Assembly (NCBI GenBank): GCA_028688415.1
Contig: JAQTYF010000001.1
Location: 272,627-336,626, forward strand
DNA from: Candidatus Moraniibacteriota bacterium
Lineage (GTDB): Bacteria; Patescibacteriota; Minisyncoccia; Moranbacterales; UBA1568
Reading direction: 5' to 3'
Length of the DNA: 64,000 nt
Part shown: positions 28,302-37,359 of the stretch, in pieces
How positions within the stretch are numbered: the first letter of the stretch is position 1
Layout: each line of letters begins with the position of its first letter
Position numbers and translations under genes: made by a program
The notes under the pieces: model-generated
What the model was told of the DNA's origin: nothing
The model's database searches: none
Seen by the model: the letters and a program-made list of their open reading frames with translations, nothing else

Positions 28302-29588
28302 TTATCGGCCGATACCTTTATAAATAATCCCTGCTTTCTGAAATGCATTTCGATCGAGACAATTCTTTCCATCGATGATCACTTTTATCCCGTGTTTCTT
28401 GAGAAGTGTAGGGGTGATGGTTTCGATGAATACCTGATGATTGGTCGCTACGATGATTGCCTGAGACTTCTTGAGAATGGCTTCGAGTGATTTCATGCTC
28501 GAATCTGATTTCACATACGGATCAAATGTTTCTACTTTAGAATAATGCTTCTTCAGATGTTTGATGATCTCAAATGAAGGGGATTCACGGATATCTTCAA
28601 CATTCGCTTTGTAAGAAAGACCGAGTACTCCGACAACCGTACCTTTCATCGGCATTTTGTTTTCATTCAAAGCATCTTGGAGACGTTCGACGGTATATTC
28701 CGGCATTTCGTTGTTTGTTTTGATAGCGAGCTTCAAAAATTCATGATCAAATCCTGATGCTTTGGCACGTTCGACGAGATAATGAGGATCAACAGGAATA
28801 CAGTGTCCACCGATACCGCATGAGGGGTAATGTGCCATAAAAGCGAATGGTTTTGTAGCAGCGCCATTGATGACATCCTTTACATCGATATCGAGCTTGT
28901 CGAATGAACGAGCAATCTCATTGACAAAAGCGATGTTCACGTTACGGAAGGAATTTTCGAGGATTTTTACTGCCTCTGCCTCACGGATGGTTTTCATCGG
29001 TCGGATATCAGCATCGACGATACTGCGATAGAATTGAAGAGACATTTCGAGACCCTTCTTTTCGAATGAACCAACGACACGAGGGATATTGGTTACATTC
29101 CACTTCGGGTCTCCTGGATTGATGCGCTCTGGACAGTGTGAAATAAAAATATCTTTTCCAATGACGAAACCATGTTGCTCGAAAATTGGTCGCACGACTT
29201 CTTCGGATACGTATGGATTGACGGTGGATTCGAGAACGACGAGCGCTCCCTTTTTGGCCTGCGTAGCGACAATCTCACATGCACCGATCACCGGACCGAG
29301 ATCAGGATGATGAGCGCTGTCAACCGGTGTCGGCACACAGATGATATGTATATCTGCTGGAGCAATATCAGATGGATCAGATGTTGCTCGAAAGGGGTAC
29401 TTGGGAATATTTGCTTCGAGATATGCATCCTTCCAAATATGTTTACCAGACTGAAGAGTTTTTATCTTTTCTTTATTCAAATCAAAACCAATGACAGTAT
29501 ATCCTCTTTCTTGGGAACGTACCGCAAGAGGGAGTCCGACGTAACCAAGACCAATCACCGCAACAGTCTTCAAATCATAATTTGCCAT
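28302..29588 (-). CDS. nucleotide-sugar dehydrogenase (UDP-N-acetyl-D-glucosamine/mannosamine 6-dehydrogenase, WbpA/WecC-like)
   Basis: Begins MANYDLKTVAVIGLGYVGLPLAV, carries GGHCIPVDP (catalytic Cys) and a C-terminal UDP-binding domain. Confidence 0.88.
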   Translation of the reverse strand: MANYDLKTVAVIGLGYVGLPLAVRSQERGYTVIGFDLNKEKIKTLQSGKHIWKDAYLEANIPKYPFRATSDPSDIAPADIHIICVPTPVDSAHHPDLGPVIGACEIVATQAKKGALVVLESTVNPYVSEEVVRPIFEQHGFVIGKDIFISHCPERINPGDPKWNVTNIPRVVGSFEKKGLEMSLQFYRSIVDADIRPMKTIREAEAVKILENSFRNVNIAFVNEIARSFDKLDIDVKDVINGAATKPFAFMAHYPSCGIGGHCIPVDPHYLVERAKASGFDHEFLKLAIKTNNEMPEYTVERLQDALNENKMPMKGTVVGVLGLSYKANVEDIRESPSFEIIKHLKKHYSKVETFDPYVKSDSSMKSLEAILKKSQAIIVATNHQVFIETITPTLLKKHGIKVIIDGKNCLDRNAFQKAGIIYKGIGR

Positions 29589-29807
29589 AAAATATTCACA
29601 AGAGATAAATTTGATTACCACTTCATTATACGAGGAAAACTTTCTTTGAGCAAATATTTCTCTTTACACGAGAGTATGTCCTTTCATTTGCGATAATTGA
29701 CTTTATATGAAAAATATGCTATAATAAAATGTTTACTTTTTGACAGTGTGTCGAATCGTAAGCAAAGAGCATTGTACATTTTCAATTTACAGGAAGAGAG
29801 GTGTCTC

Positions 29808-30515
29808 GTGACTATTTTTCATTTAGCCTTCTTTTTGGTGGTGTTCTTGTGGTGGTCGGGACTCTTTCAGCTGTTGATCTATTTGATACAGATGAAACGG
29901 GTGCCACGACCAGTGGTACCTCGACCGTTTTACAGCCCCAAGAAGATACTCATCTTGGGGGAATCTATAGCACTAGGGTATGGTGTGAAGCATTTCCGTA
30001 AGGGTTTTGCTGGATTGATTGAAGGAGCCTTTCCTGAATTTTCAGTAGAGGTGATCGCTCGTCCCTTCAAGGGGACAGGAGCACTTCTGTCTGTAGTTCC
30101 TCTCGAAAGGAAGTACGATATGGTCATTCTCACGACAAGTGGAAACGACCTTATGGTTTCTGATGCAGCGAAGGTTATGAACGATTTGAACAAGGTGCTT
30201 GACAAATGCGCTCATATCACTCGGAATGTCGTCATTCTCGGGAACTTCAACAATTTATACCGCGCCAAGTATTTCTCCGGTACCAAGTTTTACAAGTGCA
30301 TCCCGTATTTGCTACAAAGGTTTTTTGAGAAGCAAGGAAAGATGGTGAAAGAAGCATACGAGACTACCGTTCTGCATCGACGGAACTTACGTGTCAAATT
30401 GGTTGAGGTTAGTATTCTGATACAAGACACTGCCGAAGACGGTGTTCATCCGAACGCACGTGGGCACACTGCCTTTTCCGAACCGATCATTCGGGCAGTT
30501 CGATCGATGCTGTAA
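29808..30515 (+). CDS. SGNH/GDSL hydrolase-family protein with N-terminal TM anchor (possible glycan O-acetyl esterase/transferase)
   Basis: Has an ILILGESIALGYG block I (GDS-like) and DGVHPNARGH block V (DxxH). GTG 29808 is preceded by an AGGAAGAGAGG RBS. The ORF itself opens at TTG 29697, so the start is uncertain. Confidence 0.55.
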   Translation: MTIFHLAFFLVVFLWWSGLFQLLIYLIQMKRVPRPVVPRPFYSPKKILILGESIALGYGVKHFRKGFAGLIEGAFPEFSVEVIARPFKGTGALLSVVPLERKYDMVILTTSGNDLMVSDAAKVMNDLNKVLDKCAHITRNVVILGNFNNLYRAKYFSGTKFYKCIPYLLQRFFEKQGKMVKEAYETTVLHRRNLRVKLVEVSILIQDTAEDGVHPNARGHTAFSEPIIRAVRSML

Positions 30516-30533
30516 GAAAAGTCGCAATTGATT

Positions 30534-30570
30534 GATGGGTAAGACAAAAGTCGAACCCATCTTTTTTTTA
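30534..30570 (+). terminator. rho-independent terminator (gatgggt-…-acccatc + T8)
   Basis: 7-bp stem plus TTTTTTTT directly after the SGNH gene stop. Confidence 0.7.
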
Positions 30571-30678
30571 TGAAAATGTGCCATTCTATCCGGCTGATGC
30601 CGAGAATTATCTGATATATGATTTTTTTCTGAAAAAGGCTATACTTGTGGTATATAATTTTACGCTTTTACATTCCGT

Positions 30679-31272
30679 ATGTTTCTGACAAAAAAAATTG
30701 AACGTGCGATTGTACTTTCTACAGTGCTTCATAGCAATCAGAAGCGGAAAATAAGCGGAGTACCCTATATTATTCATCCGTATTCTGTTGCATTTCTTTT
30801 GGCTCATTATATCGATGATGAGGATGTTATTATTGCGGGACTGCTTCATGATACACTTGAAGACGTACCGACGTTTACCGAAAAGATGCTGGAGGAAGAA
30901 TTTGGGAGTCGTGTCTGTGCCATCGTCAAAGAAGTGACAGAGAACTACACCCAGGAAGAAAAAGAAAATCCAAAAATGCGTCCGGCATCGTGGCAGTATC
31001 GAAAAGAAGGATATTTGAAAGGTCTCAAAGATGATAGTACCGAAGCCCTTCTTATCGCTTCGGCTGACAAAATTCATAATATGCGTTCGTTTCTTGATGA
31101 ATATCCTCTCCACTTCGAAACTATTTGGGAGAGTTTTCATACAGATAAAGAGAAAATACTCTGGTTCTATAGTGAAGCAACACGTATTATCAAAGAAAGA
31201 CTCGATCACCCACTCGCTCTAGAGCTCCAAAAAGTATTTGAAGAATTTGAAACAACATTAAGAAAATCATAG
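30679..31272 (+). CDS. HD-domain (p)ppGpp-hydrolase-like protein (small alarmone hydrolase / RelA-SpoT N-terminal HD type)
   Basis: The stretch HSNQKRKISGVPYIIHPYSVAFLLAHY…IIAGLLHDTLEDV matches the RelA/SpoT HD hydrolase core. A TATAAT box lies about 20 nt upstream. Confidence 0.8.
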   Translation: MFLTKKIERAIVLSTVLHSNQKRKISGVPYIIHPYSVAFLLAHYIDDEDVIIAGLLHDTLEDVPTFTEKMLEEEFGSRVCAIVKEVTENYTQEEKENPKMRPASWQYRKEGYLKGLKDDSTEALLIASADKIHNMRSFLDEYPLHFETIWESFHTDKEKILWFYSEATRIIKERLDHPLALELQKVFEEFETTLRKS

Positions 31273-31283
31273 CTTCATAAAGT

Positions 31284-32474
31284 ATGCGTATCGGCATCAA
31301 TACTTCTTTTTTACGAAAACCAGGTACTGGTATCGGCCAGGTGACCACCAACTTTCTAAAAAAATTGGTGGAGTTAACAACGAACAATACACAGTTAACG
31401 GGATGCGAGTTCATACTTTATTGTGAGGAATCACCTCAGTTGGATTTTGTTTTGCCGGAAAATTTCCAGATTCGTGTTTTTTTGCCGTTCTGGAAACGTG
31501 ATGATCTTTTCCGAAGAATGCTTTGGGAGAAACAGCTTGCACGAGAAGTAAGGCGTGATGCTTGTGATGTCTTGCTCAGCCTCTCTCAGAGTGCGACGGT
31601 GCTTTCCTGTAAAACATCTCTTCCTCTCTCGTCTCCTGTGCAACACATAATGATCGTACACGATATCATACCTGAGATTTTTCCTGAGTATAGAAGCAAT
31701 ATTCGTCAGAAAATTTATTGGCAACAAGTGAGACGGGGAATACGGCATGCGGATCATATTGTTGCTGTTTCCCAACATACAAAAAAAGATTTGATTCGGG
31801 AGTATATTCTTCCAGAAAAACAGATTTCGGTCATTTATCCGTCGGTCAATCCAAGATTTGCGCAATCAATCTCTCTCGAACAAAAACAATCTACACTCAG
31901 AAAATACCATCTCGAAGCAGGGTATATCTATCATGGTGGAGGACTCGAAATACGCAAAAATACCGAATCAGTACTTCGTGCCTATGCAGAATTGATCCAA
32001 GATAACACGTTGACATCTCAGATGACGGTACCGCCTCTCGTTATTTCTGGAAAGATATTTGATACAACAAACAAGCTCGCTACCGATGTACGAGGATTGA
32101 TACGATCACTGCGAATTGAGGAACGCGTTATTCTTCTCGGATTTGTACCAGATGAAGATTTACCCGCTCTTTATTCTGGAGCACTCTTCTTTGTTTATCC
32201 ATCCTTCTACGAAGGATTTGGACTGCCTGTTCTCGAAGCGATGTCTCTTGGTATACCCGTACTGACTTCTGATACGTCATCATTACCCGAAGTCGGTGGC
32301 ACAGCAGTGCTCTATGCCCATCCAGATGATAGCGGAAATATACAACAACAAATGAAACAGCTTCTCATAGACGAAAACCTTCGTCAGACACTCAGTACAC
32401 AAAGTGCGATTCAGAGAGTACAATTCAGTTGGGTTCAGTTTACAGAATCAGTTCTTGCTTTGTTAAAAAAATAA
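31284..32474 (+). CDS. GT4 (group 1) glycosyltransferase
   Basis: Begins MRIGINTSFL and has the C-terminal stretch …FFVYPSFYEGFGLPVLEAMSLGIPVLTS. Confidence 0.88.
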   Translation: MRIGINTSFLRKPGTGIGQVTTNFLKKLVELTTNNTQLTGCEFILYCEESPQLDFVLPENFQIRVFLPFWKRDDLFRRMLWEKQLAREVRRDACDVLLSLSQSATVLSCKTSLPLSSPVQHIMIVHDIIPEIFPEYRSNIRQKIYWQQVRRGIRHADHIVAVSQHTKKDLIREYILPEKQISVIYPSVNPRFAQSISLEQKQSTLRKYHLEAGYIYHGGGLEIRKNTESVLRAYAELIQDNTLTSQMTVPPLVISGKIFDTTNKLATDVRGLIRSLRIEERVILLGFVPDEDLPALYSGALFFVYPSFYEGFGLPVLEAMSLGIPVLTSDTSSLPEVGGTAVLYAHPDDSGNIQQQMKQLLIDENLRQTLSTQSAIQRVQFSWVQFTESVLALLKK

Positions 32475-32477
32475 TCT

Positions 32478-34076
32478 ATGTTTTTTCAATTCTTCACTTC
32501 TCTCGGTTGGAGCAGCAACAAATGGTCACTTCTTTTCCTCAATACTTTCGCTGGGGCACTTTTGATTGTGCTCTCTCATAGCACAGCCTTTCCTCTTTCG
32601 GATGTCAATTTTTTCTTTTTTTCTTTTATCGGATTACTCTTTGCTCTCTATCGTCCTGCATGGGTATTCCTCTTGTTGGTAGGCATGTTGCCATACGAAA
32701 TTATCGATCTCATGCCCCTTGGATATGGCAACTTTTCTCTTCGTCCCTATCAGTGGCTCGTTGTTCTCCTCTCGTTCTCTCTTGTTATTCGATATTTCTT
32801 GAAACGTTTCCCTGTAGAGAAATTCACACCTCGTATCTGGGATTTCAGTATTCTCGTCGTTGGTATGAGCGCGTTTTTATCAGCAAGCATGAGTACACAG
32901 CCCGCTACGGCATTCAAACTGTCTCTCATCTTGCTTTCATTTATTCTTTTTTATTTCATCACACGACTTTTCATCCGATCGCTCGATGATGGAACGACTC
33001 TCCTTCCATTCATTCTTTCTTCTTTCCTTGTCGTGAGTATCTATGCTCTCGTCCAAAACATTTTTTTCTTAAATGGTATTGAAAGTAATGAGGTGATGCC
33101 CGGTCGACCCAATGCTACGTTCTCTGAAGCAGATTGGCTCGGAGGATATCTCTCGACCCTTCTTGTACTTCTCTCCGCCCTCATTCTCTTTTTTGAAAAT
33201 CGTTTATCAGATACTTCATTCCGAATTCTCAGATATATTTTTTCTTTTTTGCTTTTCATTGGTGCGATCGCACTTCTTCTCTCGGTCAGTCGTAGCGCAT
33301 GGCTCGCCACTTTTGCTGGTATTAGTACTCTCGTGATCCTTTTTCTCAAACAAAACCAATTCTTTCAAGCAGTGAAGACGTATAATCGAGATATCCTCTT
33401 ACGTTTGGCAAGAACAGGACTTTTGATTGTCCTTCCTTTTATCGTGGCACTCCTTATCATCTCTCTCCTCCGATTGAGTCCATTCGATCTCCTCGATCGT
33501 AGTAGAAGCACTGCTACTGGTGAACAGAAAATCACTGTAGCTTGTCCATCTGAGACGATACTCCCTGCAAAAATTGCCTCTACCGAAGAATTGATATCGT
33601 ATGGTTGCGCGCATATTCGTCTCGAAGAAATCGAGTCAAAGAAGAATGCAGGGAAATACGTGACAGAAATTTTCCGCAATGATCCCAACGTCCATATCCG
33701 CGCCAGTATTTATGTTCGAGTTTTTCAAATACTCAAAGAACATCCTTACTTCGGTATCGGACTTGGAAACATCTCTTCTTTCCTTGGAACAGATGAGAGG
33801 GGTACAGGACTCAATGCGAGCAATATATTTCTCGAAATATGGCTTGGTACTGGAATAGTCGGATTCGTTGCTTTTTTGTTCTTCTGGTGTGGTTTGTTAT
33901 GGCAAGGAATCCTGAGTCATTTTAGGAAAATATCGTCACTTCTTTTCTTCCTTCTGCCTCTCTGGGTTACACTAACCGTTTTTAATTTTTTCAATTCTGG
34001 ACTCATGCTTGGTTTCTTTTTCTTTTTCCTCGCTCTCTTGCCAGTTCTTGATTCACGAACAGATAAAAATATATGA
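32478..34076 (+). CDS. O-antigen ligase / Wzy-like polymerase family membrane protein (second copy)
   Basis: About 12 TM helices, an LSVSRSAWLATFAG loop and a large periplasmic-type loop before the final TM block. Confidence 0.7.
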   Translation: MFFQFFTSLGWSSNKWSLLFLNTFAGALLIVLSHSTAFPLSDVNFFFFSFIGLLFALYRPAWVFLLLVGMLPYEIIDLMPLGYGNFSLRPYQWLVVLLSFSLVIRYFLKRFPVEKFTPRIWDFSILVVGMSAFLSASMSTQPATAFKLSLILLSFILFYFITRLFIRSLDDGTTLLPFILSSFLVVSIYALVQNIFFLNGIESNEVMPGRPNATFSEADWLGGYLSTLLVLLSALILFFENRLSDTSFRILRYIFSFLLFIGAIALLLSVSRSAWLATFAGISTLVILFLKQNQFFQAVKTYNRDILLRLARTGLLIVLPFIVALLIISLLRLSPFDLLDRSRSTATGEQKITVACPSETILPAKIASTEELISYGCAHIRLEEIESKKNAGKYVTEIFRNDPNVHIRASIYVRVFQILKEHPYFGIGLGNISSFLGTDERGTGLNASNIFLEIWLGTGIVGFVAFLFFWCGLLWQGILSHFRKISSLLFFLLPLWVTLTVFNFFNSGLMLGFFFFFLALLPVLDSRTDKNI

Positions 34077-35230
34077 TCATTGCCATCGATATCCGTCTTT
34101 TAGGAAAAAAACGCACTGGTGATGAAGCGGTCTTTTTTCATCTAACAAAAGAGTTGCTCAAGAAAGATGCTTTTGATGTGACCTCCTATCGACTCCTCAC
34201 TGACGAAACAGACACCACAAAAATAGCGACTCTTTATGCTCGTCTCGAATGCATCGGACAAAAAAATGTCACTATCCTTTCATTGCCAACACCAAACCGT
34301 TTCACTTGGAATGCTTTCACACTTCCGAAATATCTCTTCCATAACAAGGTGGATGTTTTTCATACACAATATATCCTCCCGTATTTTGTTCCAAAAAGGA
34401 CAAAAATCGTCACACACATCCATGATGTTTCGTTCTGTGTCTATCCAAAACTGATTGGATTCGTTGATCGATTTTTTCTTTCAATTCTCATTCCGCGATC
34501 ACTTCGAAAGGCGACACATATCATCACGCCTTCACAGTTTACGAAAGACGAAGTCATAAAGTATTACGGCATAGAACCAGAAAAAATAACAATCATTCCG
34601 AATGGAATAGGAGCTGAATTTTTGGAAAAATCGTCTGATTCACTGCAAGAAAGAAATGAGACGTTACGAGAGAAATATCATCTTCCATCGACATTCATTC
34701 TTTCTGTCGGTACTTTGCAACCACGAAAAAATATACCCTTTCTTCTCGATGCTTTCACACACCTCAAGAAACGTCTTCCAGAAATCAAGCTGGTGATTGT
34801 GGGTAATAGAAATGCCCATCACACGGATATGCACATTGCAGAAAAAATTATTGAACATACACTAGAAGAAGACGTCATCTTCCCTGGTTTTATTGAAACA
34901 GAAGATCTTCCAGGAGTAGTACGACTCGCAACTGTTTTTGTATTTCCATCACTGTACGAAGGTTTTGGTATCCCGCTCCTCGAAGCAATGAGTCAATCAG
35001 TCCCCGTAGCATCTTCTGATATCCCGAGCCTTCGTGAAGTAGGGGGTGATGCTGCGCGCTATTTTGATCCGAAAGATGTTGCCTCATGTGAAGAAATATT
35101 GTATACTCTTTGTACTGATAACGTAGAACGACTACGGCTCAAACAAGCTGGAAACGAGAGAATAAAGCGTTTTTCTTGGGAAGAAAGCGCCTTATTGCTT
35201 ATTCGTCTCTATCAAAAAATAGGTGTTTAG
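34073..35230 (+). CDS. GT4 (group 1) glycosyltransferase
   Basis: Begins MIIAIDIRLLGKKRTG and has the C-terminal stretch …FVFPSLYEGFGIPLLEAMSQSVPVASS. Confidence 0.88.
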   Translation: MIIAIDIRLLGKKRTGDEAVFFHLTKELLKKDAFDVTSYRLLTDETDTTKIATLYARLECIGQKNVTILSLPTPNRFTWNAFTLPKYLFHNKVDVFHTQYILPYFVPKRTKIVTHIHDVSFCVYPKLIGFVDRFFLSILIPRSLRKATHIITPSQFTKDEVIKYYGIEPEKITIIPNGIGAEFLEKSSDSLQERNETLREKYHLPSTFILSVGTLQPRKNIPFLLDAFTHLKKRLPEIKLVIVGNRNAHHTDMHIAEKIIEHTLEEDVIFPGFIETEDLPGVVRLATVFVFPSLYEGFGIPLLEAMSQSVPVASSDIPSLREVGGDAARYFDPKDVASCEEILYTLCTDNVERLRLKQAGNERIKRFSWEESALLLIRLYQKIGV

Positions 35231-35320
35231 CGACAAAGAGTGTGTTTTAATATCTCGTAAACTATTGAAATTATGTCATTTTGGAATAAGAACAGAGAAA
35301 ATACGTCAAGAGAAATAAGT

Positions 35321-36502
35321 ATGAATCCAAATAAACACCGCGGATGGCGTATTTTTGGTTTTTTTCTTGTTCTTTTTCTCATTGCAGGAGGAGTCTTTGC
35401 TTGGAAAACAGGATTTGTGCTCAACAAAATTTCTCAAGGAAATGCAAATATTTTTGGAAGTATTGTAAAATCATTTCCCGGTGTCGAGAAAAAATTAGCT
35501 GGTGAGGATGCTGGACGTATCAATATTTTGCTTCTCGGAATGCGTGGTGAGGGCGTGACAGGGGGAGGACTCTTGGCTGATACGATTATGGTACTTTCCA
35601 TCCACCCAAAACAAAACGAGCAAGATACGACACGAGCCTCTCTCGTATCTATCCCACGAGATTTGTATGTCAAAGTTCCAAATCGAGAAGAACAGCAAAA
35701 AATCAACGCTGTCTATGCTCTCGGTGAAGAACGTGCTCTCCATAAGGGAGGCATCGAAGATATGAGTACCATAGTAGGGGAAGTGTCTGGTCTCGATATT
35801 CCTTATGCCATGACGATCAATTTTCAAGGATTCAAAGATCTCGTCAATGCTGTCGGAGGTATTACGATCAACCTTGAAAAACCATTTGAAGAAGGATTGC
35901 AATTCCGTGGACTGAAAAAACGTTGTGATGCCGTGAAGTATACGGTGTTCTCAGGAGAATACGAGGAAAAACGCATACAAAGAAAAAATGGCACGTACTA
36001 TGCAAACCCGAAACGTTATCCACTCTGTTTCGAAAAAATAAGTGAGCAAGCCATCGGAGAACTTGAATGTGACGGAAACTTCAAATTGCCAGCAGGACCC
36101 AATCTCCTTGATGGAGAAAAAGCTCTCTGTTATGCCCGTGCACGAGAAACATCGAGCGACTTTGCTCGCGCAGAACGTCAACAAGAAATCATCAATCTGA
36201 TCAAAGAAAAGGCACTCAGTCTCGGAACGCTGACGGATTTCTCAAAAATCAGCGCTATGATAGATAGTCTTGGCAATAATGCCAGTACGAATATGGAAGC
36301 GTGGGAAATGAAGCGTCTGTTTGATTTGTATCAAAAAGCTGGTAATACGGGCAATATTAATCACAAAGTACTCAACACTTCCGATGAAGGGCTCCTCTAT
36401 TTCCCTGACCGGAACAGATACCCAGGAGCAGGATCTATCATCTTGCCTACCGGTGATAATTACGATCGTATTCACGAACTTTTCACCAACTTACTCAACT
36501 AA
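35321..36502 (+). CDS. LytR-CpsA-Psr (LCP) family glycopolymer transferase
   Basis: N-terminal TM helix followed by INILLLGMRGEG…ADTIMVLSI…SIPRDLYV…NAVYA…NFQGFKDLVNAVGGI, the LCP core. Confidence 0.85.
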   Translation: MNPNKHRGWRIFGFFLVLFLIAGGVFAWKTGFVLNKISQGNANIFGSIVKSFPGVEKKLAGEDAGRINILLLGMRGEGVTGGGLLADTIMVLSIHPKQNEQDTTRASLVSIPRDLYVKVPNREEQQKINAVYALGEERALHKGGIEDMSTIVGEVSGLDIPYAMTINFQGFKDLVNAVGGITINLEKPFEEGLQFRGLKKRCDAVKYTVFSGEYEEKRIQRKNGTYYANPKRYPLCFEKISEQAIGELECDGNFKLPAGPNLLDGEKALCYARARETSSDFARAERQQEIINLIKEKALSLGTLTDFSKISAMIDSLGNNASTNMEAWEMKRLFDLYQKAGNTGNINHKVLNTSDEGLLYFPDRNRYPGAGSIILPTGDNYDRIHELFTNLLN

Positions 36503-36517
36503 ATAAACAGTGGGCGT

Positions 36518-37348
36518 ATGATACCTACTCGAGAACTCACCATTGCTATCAATGGCTACAAGACTCCAGAGCTTCTCAAACTTTGTCTCCGATCAATTTT
36601 CGAGAAACTCGCAAATTCTCCTCTCGATTTTGAAGTGATTGTCACTGACAGCGCTACTGAAGAAGATACAGAGATGCTTGTTCGGGAAGAATTTCCCGCA
36701 GTGCGATTCTTTCCTTTCGAAGAAAATGTGGGATTCAAAACACTCATCAATACGTCGCTCAAAGAAGCAAATGGGGCGTATATATTCCTTATCAATAGCG
36801 ATATTGTGCTTTCTGACGATACGGTACCATTGATGCTTCAGTATATGAAGACGCATCCAGACATTGGGCTTCTGGCACCGAAACAACTCAATTTCAACGG
36901 AACATTTCAGCAAAGTTGTTATCGATTCTATCGCCCACAAACCATTCTCTATAGACGAACATGGTTTTCTCGATTTGCTTTTGCCAAGAAGCATCTTCGT
37001 TGGTTTACAATGAGTGATTGCGATTTGACGAAACCACTGAGTGTTGATTGGGTTATCGGCTCTGCAATGCTCGTCTCACGTCAAGCCGTCGAAAAAGTAG
37101 GCGAGATGGATGATCGATTTTTTATGTATATGGAAGACGTCGATTGGTGTCGTCGTTTCTGGGAGCAAGGACAGAAAGTCGTCTATTATCCAGATGCATT
37201 CGTGTATCATTACCATGCCAAAGGAAGCGCTCGCGGAGGATTCTTTTCATCTCTTCTCTTCAACAAGCTTACCTGGTATCATATCAAAAGTGCTCTGTAT
37301 TATTTTTCTAAATACCGTGACAAGAAAATACCGCTCCATCATTCATAA
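36518..37348 (+). CDS. GT2 family glycosyltransferase (soluble, rhamnosyl/galactosyl-transferase-like)
   Basis: Carries LTIAINGYKTPELL…VIVTDSATEED…ENVGFKTLINTS…FLINSDIVL. Confidence 0.82.
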   Translation: MIPTRELTIAINGYKTPELLKLCLRSIFEKLANSPLDFEVIVTDSATEEDTEMLVREEFPAVRFFPFEENVGFKTLINTSLKEANGAYIFLINSDIVLSDDTVPLMLQYMKTHPDIGLLAPKQLNFNGTFQQSCYRFYRPQTILYRRTWFSRFAFAKKHLRWFTMSDCDLTKPLSVDWVIGSAMLVSRQAVEKVGEMDDRFFMYMEDVDWCRRFWEQGQKVVYYPDAFVYHYHAKGSARGGFFSSLLFNKLTWYHIKSALYYFSKYRDKKIPLHHS

Positions 37349-37359
37349 AAAATAAACGT

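Noticed and set aside
30534-30570. Possible tRNA 3' end (gtcgaaccca)
   Set aside because: No acceptor stem, D-arm or anticodon arm can be built. The sequence is a simple 7-bp hairpin followed by T8, fitting a terminator. No tRNA-like T-loop (GGTTCGAATCC-type) was found anywhere in the window by eye.
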